A stretch of DNA of 64,000 nt, taken from NCBI GenBank assembly GCA_965112735.1, contig OZ218965.1, forward strand, positions 372,001 to 436,000, written 5' to 3'. Shown here piece by piece: positions 63,964-64,000 of the stretch (positions are counted from its first letter, which is position 1; each line of letters starts with the position of its first letter). The notes below the pieces were generated by a model, which saw only the letters and a list, made by a program, of their open reading frames with translations, was not told the origin of the DNA and made no database searches. The position numbers and the translations under genes were made by a program. Source of the stretch: Phaeosaccion multiseriatum. Lineage: Eukaryota; Protista; Ochrophyta, other classes.

Positions 63964-64000
63964 TGAGCAGAGGGGAGGGAGGGGAGGAGCGGCGGTCATG

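Overview
Eukaryotic, GC-rich, intron-dense nuclear DNA from a flagellated photosynthetic stramenopile (ochrophyte-like). The evidence is IFT80/SSNA1 plus an IspG with a bipartite signal peptide + AAFAP plastid-targeting motif. About 19 multi-exon genes are recognisable: proteasome beta7 (partial), a triple-RGS protein, SSNA1, IFT80, ispG, LYRM7/MZM1-like, an MSP-domain/pseudo-kinesin fusion, an atypical Arf-like GTPase, an RMD1/DUF155 protein, a conserved unknown membrane protein, GCN5, a small single-TM protein, TFIIS, an 8-repeat annexin fused to a TerD domain, CHMP1/VPS46, TM9SF, delta7-sterol C5-desaturase, a CHD-like chromatin reader (partial) and one unresolved minus-strand coding fragment. 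Genes are mostly arranged as tight head-to-head pairs. Introns are filled with micro/minisatellites, which produce most of the long low-complexity ORFs in the track. No rRNA, tRNA, CRISPR array or intact transposon was seen. Best candidates for something new: (1) the octad annexin-TerD gene paired divergently with a possibly N-myristoylated CHMP1, a putative Ca2+-triggered membrane-repair module; (2) a soluble MSP(VAP)-domain protein with a degenerate kinesin motor; (3) a chromodomain split by an inserted bromodomain+PHD; (4) a recurrent CCACTGCCATCC motif just upstream of 3' splice sites. Gene models were assembled by eye from splice signals and remembered family motifs; no database searches were run.
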